DNA from: Ascoidea asiatica JCM 7603
Taxonomy: Eukaryota; Fungi; Ascomycota
Reading direction: 5' to 3'
Length of the DNA: 64,000 nucleotides
Assembly (NCBI GenBank): GCA_001600695.1
Contig: BCKQ01000001.1
Span: 1,418,826 to 1,482,825, forward strand
Shown here: positions 46,732 through 59,408 of the stretch, piece by piece
How the letters are laid out: every line of letters begins with the position of its first letter
Position numbering within the stretch: position 1 is the stretch's first letter
The notes under the pieces: generated by a model
Told to the model about the DNA's origin: nothing
Database searches by the model: none
Seen by the model: only the letters and a program-made list of their open reading frames with translations
Translations under genes and position numbers: made by a program

Positions 46732-49223
46732 TTAATATTCATAATAATTATCATAAATTGAATGAGCTATTCTTTCACCATTTTTATTTTTAATAATTTT
46801 GAAATAAATATTATTCAATACTAAAATATCTAATTTTGGTAATTCATCAACAATTTTTTCAACAATTGGTCTTATAGTATGAATAAAACTTGTAATAATA
46901 AGATCTAATTCATGACCATTACAATTACAAATTTTTGAAATTGGTTTTAAATTTGAAGAATTACAATTTGATGGAGAAATATGATTTAAAGAAGAATGTA
47001 AATCAATTGGATAATATTTTGGAGGATAATCTAAATAATCTAAAAATGAACCAGATTGTAAACTATTATTTTGATAAACATTTTCTTTACTATTTAAATT
47101 TTCTTTTTTTGAAATTAAATTTGAATCTCTTAATTCAGAATAAATTTTATCTAAAAATGAACTTTCTAAAGTATCTGAACATAATTTATTAAAAAAACTT
47201 AATTTTGAACGTTGAAGTACATTAAATGAAACTTGAGATCTTGATAAAAGATAATTTAAAACAAATAAATAAATATAACTTAAACCATTATCATTATATA
47301 AAGAATTTAAAGAATTTGAAGTAGATGAAGGATTTGTAGAAGAAGTTGAATATAAATATTTTGAAATATCTGAATTTGGTTTAAAGAATTGTAAAGATTT
47401 AAAATTTGAAATTTTAAAATTTGTTAATTTACAATGTAAACAATTACAATTTTTAAAAACTAAATCTTTAAAATTTTTATTCATTAATTGACCAAAATAA
47501 ATTTGAATAAAATCAGGAATAATTAAGAATTTTAAATTTTTTTGATTTAAAATCCATTTATTAAAAATAAATTTAAAAGCAGTATAATTAAAAGTTGAAT
47601 TTGCAATATCACTTTCAATCATTTTATTAAAATTTTCAGAATCTGGATCTAAATCTGAGATTAAAATTCTTGAATTTTGAGGTTGAATTAAATTTGCATT
47701 TATAAAATTATTTGTATTTGTATGAGAATTTGTATTTATATTAGTATTTGTATTTATATTTGTATTTATATTTGTATTTTGATTTAAATTAAAATCTGCA
47801 TTTCTAAAATTAATAATATTATCATGAATAATTGAAAAAAAATCATTTGAATTTTCAAATTGTAAATTAAGATTTGAAAAAGGTAATGAAGGATTTGATA
47901 AATTTAAAAAATTATCATTTTGTAAAATTAAATCATCATTTAAATCATTTGAAAATTTTAATTTTGAATTAATTAATTCTAAATTAAAAGTATCAATTTT
48001 TGGATTTAAATAAATTAGAAGAAAATTTAAATTTTTTGAAGGAATTTCATTTAAGAAAAAAGTTCTTAAATATTTTTCCCAATTAATAATTGAAGTATTT
48101 AAATTATTTAAGTTTAAATTTGATGAAAAATTTTTAAATAAAATATCATTAATTGATTGAAAAGATAATAATTTATAAATAACTAATTTTTTTAAATTTA
48201 ATAATTTTGGAGCTAATTTTTTAAAAAATTTTAAAATACAATTACAATTTAAAACTATACAATCAATTCTTAATTCTAAATTTGATAAAATTTTTAAATT
48301 TATTGAATTATTTAAAATTTCAAAATTTAAAATATTTGTATTTAAATTTTTTAAATCATATTCATTAAGATTTAAATTTGAATTTAAATTAAAATCATTA
48401 AAATTATTATTAAATTTATTTAAAGAATGTAAATTTGTTAATAAAAATGAATTTAAATTTAATTTTTTAAAAGTTTTAAGAGTTTTAAAATTTTTTAAAT
48501 TTAATAAAATTTTTAAAAATTTTAAACCATTTGAAATTGGATAATCATAATTTAATGGTATTAAATTTGAATTAATATCTAAAATTAAATTTGAATAAGT
48601 ATAAATTTGTAAATTAATAATTTTATTTAATAATTTTAAACCAGATTTTTTTAAAAATTTTGGATATTTAAATTTATTTGAAAATTGAATAATTTGTAAA
48701 GTATTTAAATTTTTTGTTGGAATTGATAATTTTATAGTTGATAAAGAAATTAAATTTTGTAAAGATGAAGAATTATTAATTTTAAATTGATTAAAATAGA
48801 TTGAATTATATAATTTAATTAAATTATCATTATCATTATCATTATCATTATCATTATTGGTAGTGGTAGTGGTGGTGGTGGGAGTGGGAGATGTATTAAA
48901 TTGATGAAGAATTAAGAAAGATTTAAAAGTTTTAATATTTGCATTATGAATTGATAAAATTTTAATTAATTTAATTAAAATTGGTAAAGATTGTAAGAAA
49001 TATTGATCATTATATAAAGATAAAATTAATGGATTACCAGTTATTAAAATATGATTAAGATATTTAATATTATTTGAAGATTTATTTGATAAAGAATTAA
49101 ATAAAGATAACCATTTTTGTAAAATTAAAGAATTATGAATTTTAATATAATTTAAATTAATTTTTATTACTGACCAATTATTTTTAATTTGATTTGAATA
49201 ATCAAAATCATAATTTGTTTTTG

Positions 49224-49259
<36 letters not shown>

Positions 49260-49479
49260 ATATTGGTTGTAAAGTTAAAGTATCAGATAATAATATTTTT
49301 GAATATAATTTTTTTTTAACTAAAGTTGAAATTCTCTTATTTGATACACATAAGTTACATAAAGATTCTTGATCTAAGAAATAAATGATTAAAATTATAA
49401 TATTAATTGGTAAATCATTTAATGAGTGAGGTAATGGAATTGAATTATAATCATGGATATATTTATCATTTTGAAGCAT
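46732..49479 (-). CDS. F-box protein, Asn/Leu-rich, with C-terminal Cys clusters
   Basis: SLNDLPINIIILIIYFLDQESLCNLCVSNKRISTLVKKKLYSKI is F-box-like; LRR-like segments; CNCLHC and CNC..HELD. First ATG at 49479. Confidence 0.8.
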
Positions 49480-49531
49480 TGGTTGTAATAAGAGATTAAT
49501 CAATTGAGGCTTCTTTGCTATCTAATCATCA

Positions 49532-49590
49532 GTCTCCAGTCTCCAGTCTCCAGTCTCCAGTCTCCAGTCTCTAGTCTCTAGTCTCTATAT
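49532..49590. repeat. (GTCTCCA/GTCTCTA)n 7-bp tandem repeat in the F-box 5' region
   Basis: About 8 copies. Confidence 0.88.
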
Positions 49591-49730
49591 CTCTGTCTTT
49601 GATATATTATGTATATCTCTATTGAATGTATTGTATCTATCACATTTATTATCATTCATAAACCTTTATTTATTTCATTTGATAATTTCTGTCTTCAGCG
49701 GTTATTCCATTTTTATCTGATCTAAAATTT

Positions 49731-49816
49731 GCACGTGCACTACCGAGGCCATGTCCACGGGTGTTCTTGCCGCACGTGCACCACCGAGGCCATGTTTACG
49801 GGTGTTCTTGCCGCAC
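49731..49816. repeat. 41-bp tandem duplication carrying GCACGTGC in a divergent promoter
   Basis: GCACGTGCACTACCGAGGCCATGTCCACGGGTGTTCTTGCC (49731-49771) and GCACGTGCACCACCGAGGCCATGTTTACGGGTGTTCTTGCC (49772-49812); 3 mismatches. Confidence 0.93.
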
Positions 49817-50414
49817 ATCAACCCGCGGCTCTCCACACCACTCTGCATACACCACTCCCCTTCTTCTGGTCTCACCCAGGTCATGCTTTTCTGTCATCTT
49901 CTCCTTCTCCTTCTCTCCTTCTCCTTCTCCTCCCCTGTGTATCCTCCCTTCCCTCATCCTCCCTCATTCTCCCTCAAATTCTTGTTTCTTTCTTCTTCAG
50001 TGCCTTGCTTCAGCTTTGTGAGCAATGACGACTGCTCTGCTCTGCTCTGCCCTGGCTGTTGCTGCCCTTTCATTGGCTCTCTCTCGCTTTTATCTATTTT
50101 CTATCATCTTCACTTCTCTTTCTTAAACAATTATCGACTTAAATCTTCTTTTCAATTCAATTCTATTCAATTCAATTCTATTTACTCGCTTTAAAGATAT
50201 AACCTTTTTTATTCCTATTTCTCTTATAAATATCAATAGCAATATCCAAATTATCTCAATTCACTTTTCATTCAATCTAATTTCAATTCAAATGTCTTTT
50301 ATAACTCAATTAATTATATATAATTTTCATTTATTCATATTCTTCAATTACTTTTCATACTTTCAAATCTATAATATCTATAATATCTATAATATAATAA
50401 TATAATAATAAATA

Positions 50415-51305
50415 ATGTCTTCAAATTCAAATTCAAATTCAAATTCAAAATCAAAATCTGATTCTAAATCACAATCTCAATCACAATCATTACCAAAACC
50501 ATCACCAGATTTAATTAAAAATAATGAAAATATCTTAGATTTATTTTCTTTAAAAGGTAAAACTGCTTCTATAACAGGTTCATCATCAGGTATAGGTTTA
50601 GCAATTGCAGAAAGTTTTGCACAAGCTGGTGCAAATATTGCAATTTGGTATAATTCAAAATCAATTGCAATTGAAATTGCAAAAAAATTATCAAAAAAAT
50701 ATAATATTAAAGTTATTGCTTATAAATGTCCAATTGATAATTCAAAATTAATTGAAAAAACTATAAATCAACAATTAAAAGATTTTAATGGTAAAATTGA
50801 TATATTTATTGCAAATGCTGGAATTTCTTGGAATTATGGTGATATAATTAATCAAATTAATGATGATTATTGGTTAAATTTAATTAATTTAAATTTAAAT
50901 AGTGTTTATTATTGTTCAAAATATATTGGTAAAATTTTTAAAAATCAAAATTTTGGTTCTTTAATTTTAACTGCTTCAATGTCTGCTCATATTGTTAATT
51001 ATCCTCAAAGACAAGCTTGTTATAATGCTTCAAAAGCTGCTGTTTTACATTTATCAAAATCTTTAGCTATTGAATGGTCTGAATTTAATGCAAGAGTAAA
51101 TTCTGTTTCTCCAGGTTATATTTCAACTGATATTACAAATTTTGCTTCTCCTGAATTAAAAAAAGATTGGTGGTCTAAAATTCCTTTAGGTAGAGAAGGT
51201 TTACCAAAAGAATTAGCTGGTGCTTATCTTTATTTAGCTTCTGATGCTTCAACTTATACAACTGGTACTGATATTTTAGTTGATGGTGGTTATTGTTGTC
51301 TCTAA
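50415..51305 (+). CDS. NADPH-dependent short-chain dehydrogenase, sorbose reductase / mannitol dehydrogenase (Sou1/Sou2-like)
   Basis: LDLFSLKGKTASITGSSSGIG, AIWYNS, FIANAG, TASMSAHIVNYPQRQACYNASKA (YxxxK), RVNSVSPGYI.T, YLYLASDASTYTTGTDILVDGGY. Confidence 0.92.
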   Translation: MSSNSNSNSNSKSKSDSKSQSQSQSLPKPSPDLIKNNENILDLFSLKGKTASITGSSSGIGLAIAESFAQAGANIAIWYNSKSIAIEIAKKLSKKYNIKVIAYKCPIDNSKLIEKTINQQLKDFNGKIDIFIANAGISWNYGDIINQINDDYWLNLINLNLNSVYYCSKYIGKIFKNQNFGSLILTASMSAHIVNYPQRQACYNASKAAVLHLSKSLAIEWSEFNARVNSVSPGYISTDITNFASPELKKDWWSKIPLGREGLPKELAGAYLYLASDASTYTTGTDILVDGGYCCL

Positions 51306-51389
51306 TAAATTCATTTTTATTTTATTATATATATATATATATATATAAAACTATATACAGTAAATAATAGACTGTATAAGAGAGTGAAA

Positions 51390-52041
51390 TTATAAAATTG
51401 AAAAAACATCCCATAAATTTCTTGTTCTATTAATTCTACTTATACAATTATATTCTCTTTCTTTTATCCATTTTAATTGATTTAATTCATTTGTTAATAA
51501 TAATTCTTTTTCTTTACCTTTAACATCATCTCTATTAATTTTATATAATAATATTGAATGTTTTTTTTTCATATTATCTAAATTTAAAAAAATTTTTGAA
51601 ATTTCAAAAAATAAATTATTTCTTAAAATCTCAAAACAATTTTTTTTATTAAATTTATATGCAAATAATGTTCTTGAAGCTTCTCTATGAATAGTTTTTG
51701 GAATTTCTTGAATTAAAATACTTTGTAATTTAAATAATTTATTTAAACAAATTCTTAAATTTTTTTCTTCAATTAATGTTAATTTACTTAAATTTTTATC
51801 ATCAATTAAACCTTCTTTAATAATACAATTTAAAATTTTAAAACTTTCTAAATTTAATGAAGATTTTATAATATATAAATAAATTTTTTCTTTTAATTTT
51901 GGTATTAATTTTGTATATGGTATATAATATTTTCCTGGAGAAATTTCTTTTAAAAATGGTATTGAATGATTTGACATAATTCTTAAATGATGTGTTAATA
52001 ATTTTATTTCATTTTTTTTACTTTTTTTAATTCCATATTCT

Positions 52042-52075
<34 letters not shown>

Positions 52076-53702
52076 CATCATCATCATCAGATTCTTCGTC
52101 ATCATAATCATCATCAAAATCATCTTGTTCATTTTCATTTTGATCAATAATTTCTTCTGCATCTTCTGCAAGTTTTGCAAATACATTTTCTACATAATCA
52201 CCATTTTCAGTTTTTATTCTTTTAATAATTTTTGTTGAATTTTTTTTTTCAATAGATTTTGAAATTTTTGAAGATTTTCTTTTATTATTTAATTTTTTAT
52301 TATTAAAATATATTGAATTTTGTAAAGATAAAGTTTTTTTTTTTTTAAATTTATTTTTTTTTGATTTTTTATTTAAATTATTATTAAAATTAAATAAAGG
52401 TAAAATATCATTAATTGTAAAAGTATTAAATTTTTCAGATTCTTCATTAATTTCAATAAATTTTAAATAATTTATCATTGATCTTGAATTATCTTTATTA
52501 AAATCAAAATTATTTAAATTTGAAATAATATTAAAATCATTTAAATAATTATTAAATTCATATTGAAAACAATTTGGAGAAATTTTTTCAAATTTTATTA
52601 AAATTTTTTTATATATTTTTGATGGAATTTTACCTAAGAATTGATTTGAAAATTTTATTAAATTTTTTGTTCTTAAAGTTTTTAAAAATCTTTTAATATT
52701 AAATTTTAAAGAAATTTTTGAATTTATAATTTCTATAATTGATTCAAATGAATCATTATTTGTTTTTTTTTTTTTTTTTTTTTTATTTCCATTAACTTTG
52801 TTATTAACTTTGTTATTCTCTTTGTCTTTGTCATTTTGATCATCATCATCTTCTTCATTGGAGTCATCATCATCATCAGAATTGAAAAGAGATTGAGTTG
52901 GAGTATATTTTTTTATAAATTCATTAAAATAATCATTATTAATATTATTGTTATTGTTATTTAAATTGTTATTTAAAATTGAATTTGAATTTGAAGATTG
53001 AAAAGATTCAATAAATTTTAAATTTGTTAAATTTTTAATTTCTATAATTTTTTTAGATTCCGAAATATTTGATTTTGGAAATTTTAAATATTGTAAATTA
53101 TAAAGATTATTATAAATTTGAAAATTATTTTTAAATTCTAAATTTGAAATTGGTATTAAAAAACCATCAATATATAATTTTGTAAAAATTTTTTCAATTA
53201 ATTTTATTTGATTAATATTAGAATTAGAATTAGAATTAGAGTTAGAGTTAGAATTGGTAATTTTAAAAGTTTTTAAATAATTATGTAAAGTTAAATTACC
53301 AAAAGAAAGAATATTTTGAATAATTTCTGCAGCTTTATTATTATTATAAAAATTTTTAATATAATTTATTATTTCACCAGAATATAAAATTGTATATAAA
53401 CCTTCATTATTTAAGTAATAATAAGTTGGATTATTATTATTATTATTATTATTTTTATTGATTAATAAATCATCTTGCCAATAAGTTAAAATATTTAATT
53501 GTAAAAGAGAAACTAAGATTGATTTTATTAAATTTTTATTAAATTTAGATAATTGAGATAATTGATTAATTGATAATTTTCCATGATTAAAAAAAAGAGA
53601 AACAATAATAGAAGTATTATAACCTAAAGAATTTTTAATAATTGTTGCAAATACAAAAGAATTTGGTTCTTGAGTTGAAGGAAATAAAGAATTTTGATTC
53701 AT
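51390..53702 (-). CDS. RPC82: RNA polymerase III subunit C82 (RPC3)
   Basis: HGKLSINQL, IKSILVSLLQLN, LYSGEII, AAEIIQNILSFGNLT, FLKEISPGKYYIPYTKL, IQEIPKT.HREASRT.FAY, KINRDDVKGKEKELL. Confidence 0.92.
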
Positions 53703-53989
53703 ATTATAAATTCCATAATAATGTTTATGAACTTTTATGAACTTTTATGGAATTGAAGAGAATTCTTTTGAAATGAAGAGAATTCTTTTGAAAAAATGAA
53801 TGAATTCTTTATTCTTTATTGTTTATTGATTGTTTATTGAATTGTAAGATTAAAAGAATATTAAATGAATGAAGTAAGTTTATAAACTCAGATAGTCAGT
53901 TATTTACAAATATTTTCAGATTACTCGAATATAAAAGAATGAAAAAAAAAAACAATTGGAAAATTGGCGTAGGATAAAACAAGAAACAC

Positions 53990-54510
53990 AGAGAAGAGGG
54001 GCTGGTGTGGCTGGATATTACTGGTTTAGGAGGTGGGAGGCAAAGTGTTTATTATGTAAGAAGTGTGTCAGCCGGAAACTGAAAATAAAAGAAATCCGTG
54101 TATTTTTTGGGGGTTTACATGGATTAAAATAACCGTTCACATGACTAAAACGAGGCCATGATTGTGCCAATGGTTGTGGTCATGACTGTGGCAATGATTG
54201 TGGCTGGTCTGAGCGCGCCTCTCGTGGCCGAGTCAGGTGGCAGTCATGTGGCAGTCCCGTGGCTGGCCATGTTAGGGGCGTGCGCCTTCCGTTTGGTTTT
54301 GGTTTTGTGAACGAGGGCGGGAAGCGGGAAAAGAGGCAACAGCGGTCACGTGCCTCTCGGTTTCAGATTCTTATCAGCTTATCTTCTCTGTTCTTCTCTG
54401 TTCTGATTTGGTGATGATTTGAACTTGATCGGAGCAGAGCCTAACAAAACACACTCAGCAGGAAACACTCAACAGGAAATCTGAACAGGAAATCTGAACA
54501 GGAAACTGCC
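53990..54510. promoter_or_regulatory. GC island upstream of RPC82 with GTCACGTG and repeated GTGGC units
   Basis: GTCACGTG 54345-54352; many (T/C/G)GTGGC in 11-12-bp periodic repeats 54157-54270; CAGGAAA x4 at ~54459-54505. Confidence 0.55.
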
Positions 54511-54595
54511 AATTTCAATCATGATCCAATGAATGAATATGAAGAGAAGAGCATTAAAGGAATAATAAATAATAAATAATAAAATGATAATAAAT

Positions 54596-56783
54596 ATGAT
54601 GATAAAGACATTAAGAAGTAGAATTACAAGACATCAGCAAAGAGAGCGAGAAGAAAGGAATGTTTTGCAGTTGGAGCTGACTTTTTCGCCTCTGACTCCA
54701 CATTCGCCCACAACCGACAAATCGAGAAATCGAAGCCCCAACAGTCACTCGTGAACCTGCTCCAGGTTTAAGTTCCATACTTAAACCATTTGACTCTCGT
54801 TTATGAGTTGTCAATAATTAACCCCTAACATGATCTTTCAGACCTCCCTCTTCCAACCCCCAAAAAAACGAAAGATCCGGTGATTCAACTTCCATAACAA
54901 TATAATTCAAATTTACCACATATGCATCCACTGCAAAATTTTCACAAAAAAATAAAACGAGCCAAACAAAACAATTTGAATAATCAATCCAAAAATCAAT
55001 TAAAACCATTAAATAAATTAATATCATTTAACAATTGTTAAAAATATCAACAACTCAATTAATTCAATTAACTCAATTAACTCAACTAACTTAACTAACT
55101 CAACTGACTTAACTAACTCAACTAAAACAGTCAATTTAATTAATATTACTAATTTAACTAATTCAACAAACACAAATAGGTCAACTAATTTAAATAATTC
55201 AGCTAACTCAACTAACTTAACTGAATTACCGAATTCTTCCGAATCATCTAATTAATCTAAATCAACTAATTCATTGAATTCATCCAATTCATTTAACGCA
55301 ACCAATTCAAGTAAATTACCTTCAACACAGATCACACCTACGAGTTCTGCAACTATTAATTAAATCAATAGTTTTTCAACTATAGCTAATTTTTCTGCAA
55401 CTAATCCTTCAAATCACTTATCACTGATCAACAAAGTTAAACATCAACATCAAATTCGACATCTTCATTATTTCATAACAAGCAAATTTCAAGATCAACA
55501 ACAAATTTTTCATCCTCATCATCTCTCATTAAACATATTTTAAAGCCTACAATATTTCCCGATAATAATTTTTCATAATCCCATTTTGAAATTGAACCTG
55601 AACCACAACATATGTTTTCTCTTTTGCCTAATTCTGAGCAAGATTCACTCTATGCCCCATATATGTCAATAATTAATGACAATAGAGCTGATACTATTGA
55701 GGGGGGAGATACTGACATTATTGATATTTCAGACGATGAGATTCGATATATGTTAAATCTTAGTAAGCCTGTTATTTCCTCGGATTTTAACAAAAATGTT
55801 TGTAAAAACAAGGAACCTTGGACTATTGGATATACTGTTGCAAAAATGAGTGCTGTCAAGACACTAGTCGATACGCATATGCTTGAGGGTGTAGTAAAAG
55901 TTAAATTTGAATCAACTGAATCAATTTTCAAATTAATTAAAGCTGAATGTATGCCTTTAATGGCTAAAGTAAGAGGTAATAAAAATACTTCATTAATCAG
56001 ATCAGAGGATAACTATCAATATGATCAAATGATTGAAATCTTTTCAAAAACTACAAATGATTGTAAACATTTTGGGTGGATGTTCTATTTTGACACTGAA
56101 TATAGTGTTTTACTTGGTGTTAATGGATATGGATTGTGCAGATTTTATGATGCAAAACTTAAATCTGATAATATTGATATTATTCTTCAACTGACAAGAA
56201 ATAACATCAAAGAACCACTATCAATAAAAAAGTTTAACATCAAATATGATAATAATTCTATCAGTATCCCTTCAATGCTGGGTGGATTTCATTATCAAAT
56301 ATTATTATTGATTTACGGTCTTTTATATTAGCATTACTCTAACTATGCTCCAACAATTAATTATTTAAAAGTTTTTAAAATTTGCATAAAAGGTGTTACG
56401 CCTTCTATTTAAAAAAATAGGGCTTTTCTTTATCCGGTTTCATACCAAATTAAAGCAATTTTTAAACAAATTAATGCTGGATTTAAATTTGCATCTGCAA
56501 GGTATCTGATAAAGTATATGACTCATTTATGACAGATGCAAACAAAAAGAGATTAGAGATTTTTAGTCGTCGTCGTATCAGATCCAAAACGATATTGTCT
56601 TAGATAAGAAATCCTGATGATAAATACCATTGTGAGTCTGGGAGATTAGTTGTACCTCCAGAAGCTTTTTCTGCAGTTATGCAATTGTTTTTGTAATCAA
56701 ATCAATCAACTAATCTAGATCAATTTAGAGCACAAGCTAAAAAATTATTTTTCAACATTCCAAAAAGAATTGTTCAAGCTTAA
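54596..56783 (+). pseudogene. Decayed ~2.2 kb gene; the 239-aa ORF 55612-56331 is its longest intact fragment
   Basis: Protein-like reading continues on both sides of the ORF through isolated stops and frameshifts: MMIKTLRSRITRHQQRERE..., HDLSDLPLPTPKKTKDPVIQLP*QYNSNLP, (STN/LTN)n, S*SHFEIEPEPQH-MFSLL, LLY*HYSNYAPTINYLKVFKICIKGVTPSI*KNRAFLYP, ESGRLVVPPEAFSAVMQLFL*SNQSTNLDQFRAQAKKLFFNIPKRIVQA*. Confidence 0.68.
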
Positions 56784-57292
56784 ATATTAATATTTCAAGT
56801 TAAATTGAACAATTAAAACTTAAACTGGTTTCCTTAAATATTTTGTTACTAACGAAAAATGCAGTCCTGCAGTTTTCTCCAATATTATTCTTTTTCAAAT
56901 TACTTTTTACTTTCTGCAAGAACATGCAAATTTTTTTTTTATCAAAAATTATACGTTGTCCTTATAACTTACACCTTTCCGTCTTTACAAATTTTTATTT
57001 TATCCTCACTGTCTTTTCAGTTTTTTTTAGTTACTATTAGTAGCTTCAAATTTTCTTCTAAAAAAATTTCAAGTTTTACTTTTCTTTCTCAGCGAAGATT
57101 TTATTCAAAAACCTATTACATAGTTTTTGCTTTTAATCTACGTCTCAAATACACGGTTACTTTTATTTTTAAATATTTTCTACTTATTTTAGCTGATTCG
57201 TAATTATATTCCATATAATTAAGAATCATCATCATTTTCAATATCTTCATCTGTACAGCCAATTCAGAAGCCTCCCGCAACTTCTTGGGGAC

Positions 57293-57390
57293 TCGTCACT
57301 CGTCACTCATCACTCATCATCTATCACTCATCACTATTCTCTCTTCTTTATCTCTTTTATCTCTTTTATCTCTTTTATCTCTTTTATCAG
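57293..57390. repeat. Short tandem repeats (ACTCRTC)n and (TCTCTTTTA)n in a promoter region
   Basis: Read directly from the sequence. Confidence 0.75.
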
Positions 57391-57832
57391 TTACAAGCAA
57401 ATCGCAGATCGTGTTTGATCTATCACTAAAATCATCAATCTCACTGTTACCAGAAATATCTCCAGTAAACAACAATAACAACAATAACAACCATTAACTA
57501 ATATCATATCAATTCATATTACAAAATCATTTATATCTATAATCATTTATATTCATATTTATATCCCATAATCACCTCTGGTTTTTATTCCTCTTTCTTT
57601 TATTTGCTTTTTTATTTCTTTTATTTCTTACTTTACTATTACTATTACTGTATTACTAGTTTACTCTTAACTCTTTACTCTTAACTCTTTACTCTTTTAT
57701 ATCATATCATATCATATCATATATATATATATATCATATATAATTCAATATCTAATTACTCTCAAACAAATCTTACTATAAATTCACTATCAACTTACTC
57801 TTATATCAATCTTATCTTAAATCAATCAAACA

Positions 57833-58540
57833 ATGTTCAATTACTTATCAAACTTCTTCAATTCAAATTCAAATTCAATTAAACATTCAAATTCAAAATC
57901 AAATACAAATACAAATACAAATACAAATGATCAATTAAATTTTCAATCAATTGATAATAAAAATTTACGTTTTAATAATAATGGTGATAGAATATTAGAT
58001 GGTAATAAAGTCTTATTAATTAATAATCTTATAGAAAATAACGACAAAGATAATGACAATGACAATGATAATGATAATGATAATGATAATGACAAGGATA
58101 TCGATGACGATGATACTTTCTTAAATGATTTCATAGATGTCTCAATTAAAAAATTATCTTATGCTGAAGTTGCTGATTTAAATTCAACTTCAAAATCAAT
58201 TAATATCAATATTAATAATAAAAAAAATTTATTAAATAATAATAAAAATACTTCTAAAAATATTTCTAAAAGAATAGATAATCCAATTATTGATCTTGAA
58301 AATGATTTAGGTAAAACAATTTCTGATTATCAATTAGCTCAATTATTATCAAATTATAATAATGATGATAGAAAATTTAAAGAAAAATTATTTGAAACTA
58401 CAATGAATAATAATTTAAGAAAAGATTTAGATTATTATATTAATTATGCAGAAAATTTAAAATCTTTTAATATTAATAATAATTACAATAATAATTATAA
58501 TAATAATAAAAAACAAAAATCAAAAAATTTAATCTATTAA
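57833..58540 (+). CDS. Hypothetical Asn/Asp-rich protein
   Basis: Good start context (AAACAATG) and genome-typical codon use. Short non-repetitive islands GDRILDG and DFIDVSIKKLSYAEVA. Confidence 0.75.
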   Translation: MFNYLSNFFNSNSNSIKHSNSKSNTNTNTNTNDQLNFQSIDNKNLRFNNNGDRILDGNKVLLINNLIENNDKDNDNDNDNDNDNDNDKDIDDDDTFLNDFIDVSIKKLSYAEVADLNSTSKSINININNKKNLLNNNKNTSKNISKRIDNPIIDLENDLGKTISDYQLAQLLSNYNNDDRKFKEKLFETTMNNNLRKDLDYYINYAENLKSFNINNNYNNNYNNNKKQKSKNLIY

Positions 58541-58777
58541 ATTCTTTGTTTACTTTTAGTCTTTCTCTTACTCTTTCTTTACGTGTTCCGGATTACCTCT
58601 TTAGATCATCACGCTTCCTCGGTTCTCACTCTCACTTTTATTTCCAAAAAGATAACCAAATAGATATACAGTATAAAATAAAATATAAAATATAAAATAA
58701 CTCTCATAATGAATAAATGATTATAAAATGTCAATTGATATTTGTATTTGTATTTATATATACATAAATATATATAC

Positions 58778-59346
58778 TTAATTAATGTAACTGTTTTCAC
58801 TGATTGATCTTCTAGTAATTGGTCTATTATTCCCACTACCACTTTCTTTTTCTTTTTCTTTTTCTTTTTCCTTTTCCTTTTTATCTTTATCTTTCTCTAA
58901 AATTTCATTAACATTATTTAAATCATGTTTTGAACTATTACCAAATCTAAATTTATGTCTTGTAGTTTTTAATCTTCTTAAACTACCTCCAACATTACTT
59001 AAAACTTTATCATTAGCTAATTTTATATTACTTTTTATTGCTTTACCTTGAAATTCATTAATTGAGTTAGTAAGATTTTTATTAAAATTTTTAATTTCTA
59101 ATTTTTTAAAATTAATTTCTTCATTAATTTTAAAATTAAATTTATTTATCTCATTTAATTTTTTTTTTAAAAATTTTTCATTAATTAAAATTTTTATCTC
59201 TTCATCATTTTTTTTTTCTTCTGAACAAAATTTTTTAAATTCTAAATTTATTAATTTTAATTGATTTATAATATTTTCTTCATTAACTTTATTTTTAATA
59301 TATGAATCTCTTTTTTTATTAATTATACTAGATTCTGAAAATGGAC

Positions 59347-59408
<62 letters not shown>

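Noticed and set aside
49731-49816. CRISPR-like repeat
   Set aside because: Eukaryotic context, two adjacent units with no spacer, and no cas genes.
49702-50194. Overlapping short ORFs in the GC island
   Set aside because: Stop-poor because of GC and pyrimidine richness; atypical codons; better explained as promoter.
54411-54500. GTGATGA...CTGA as a possible C/D snoRNA
   Set aside because: No recognisable rRNA-complementary guide; the CTGA belongs to a CAGGAAATCTGAA tandem repeat.
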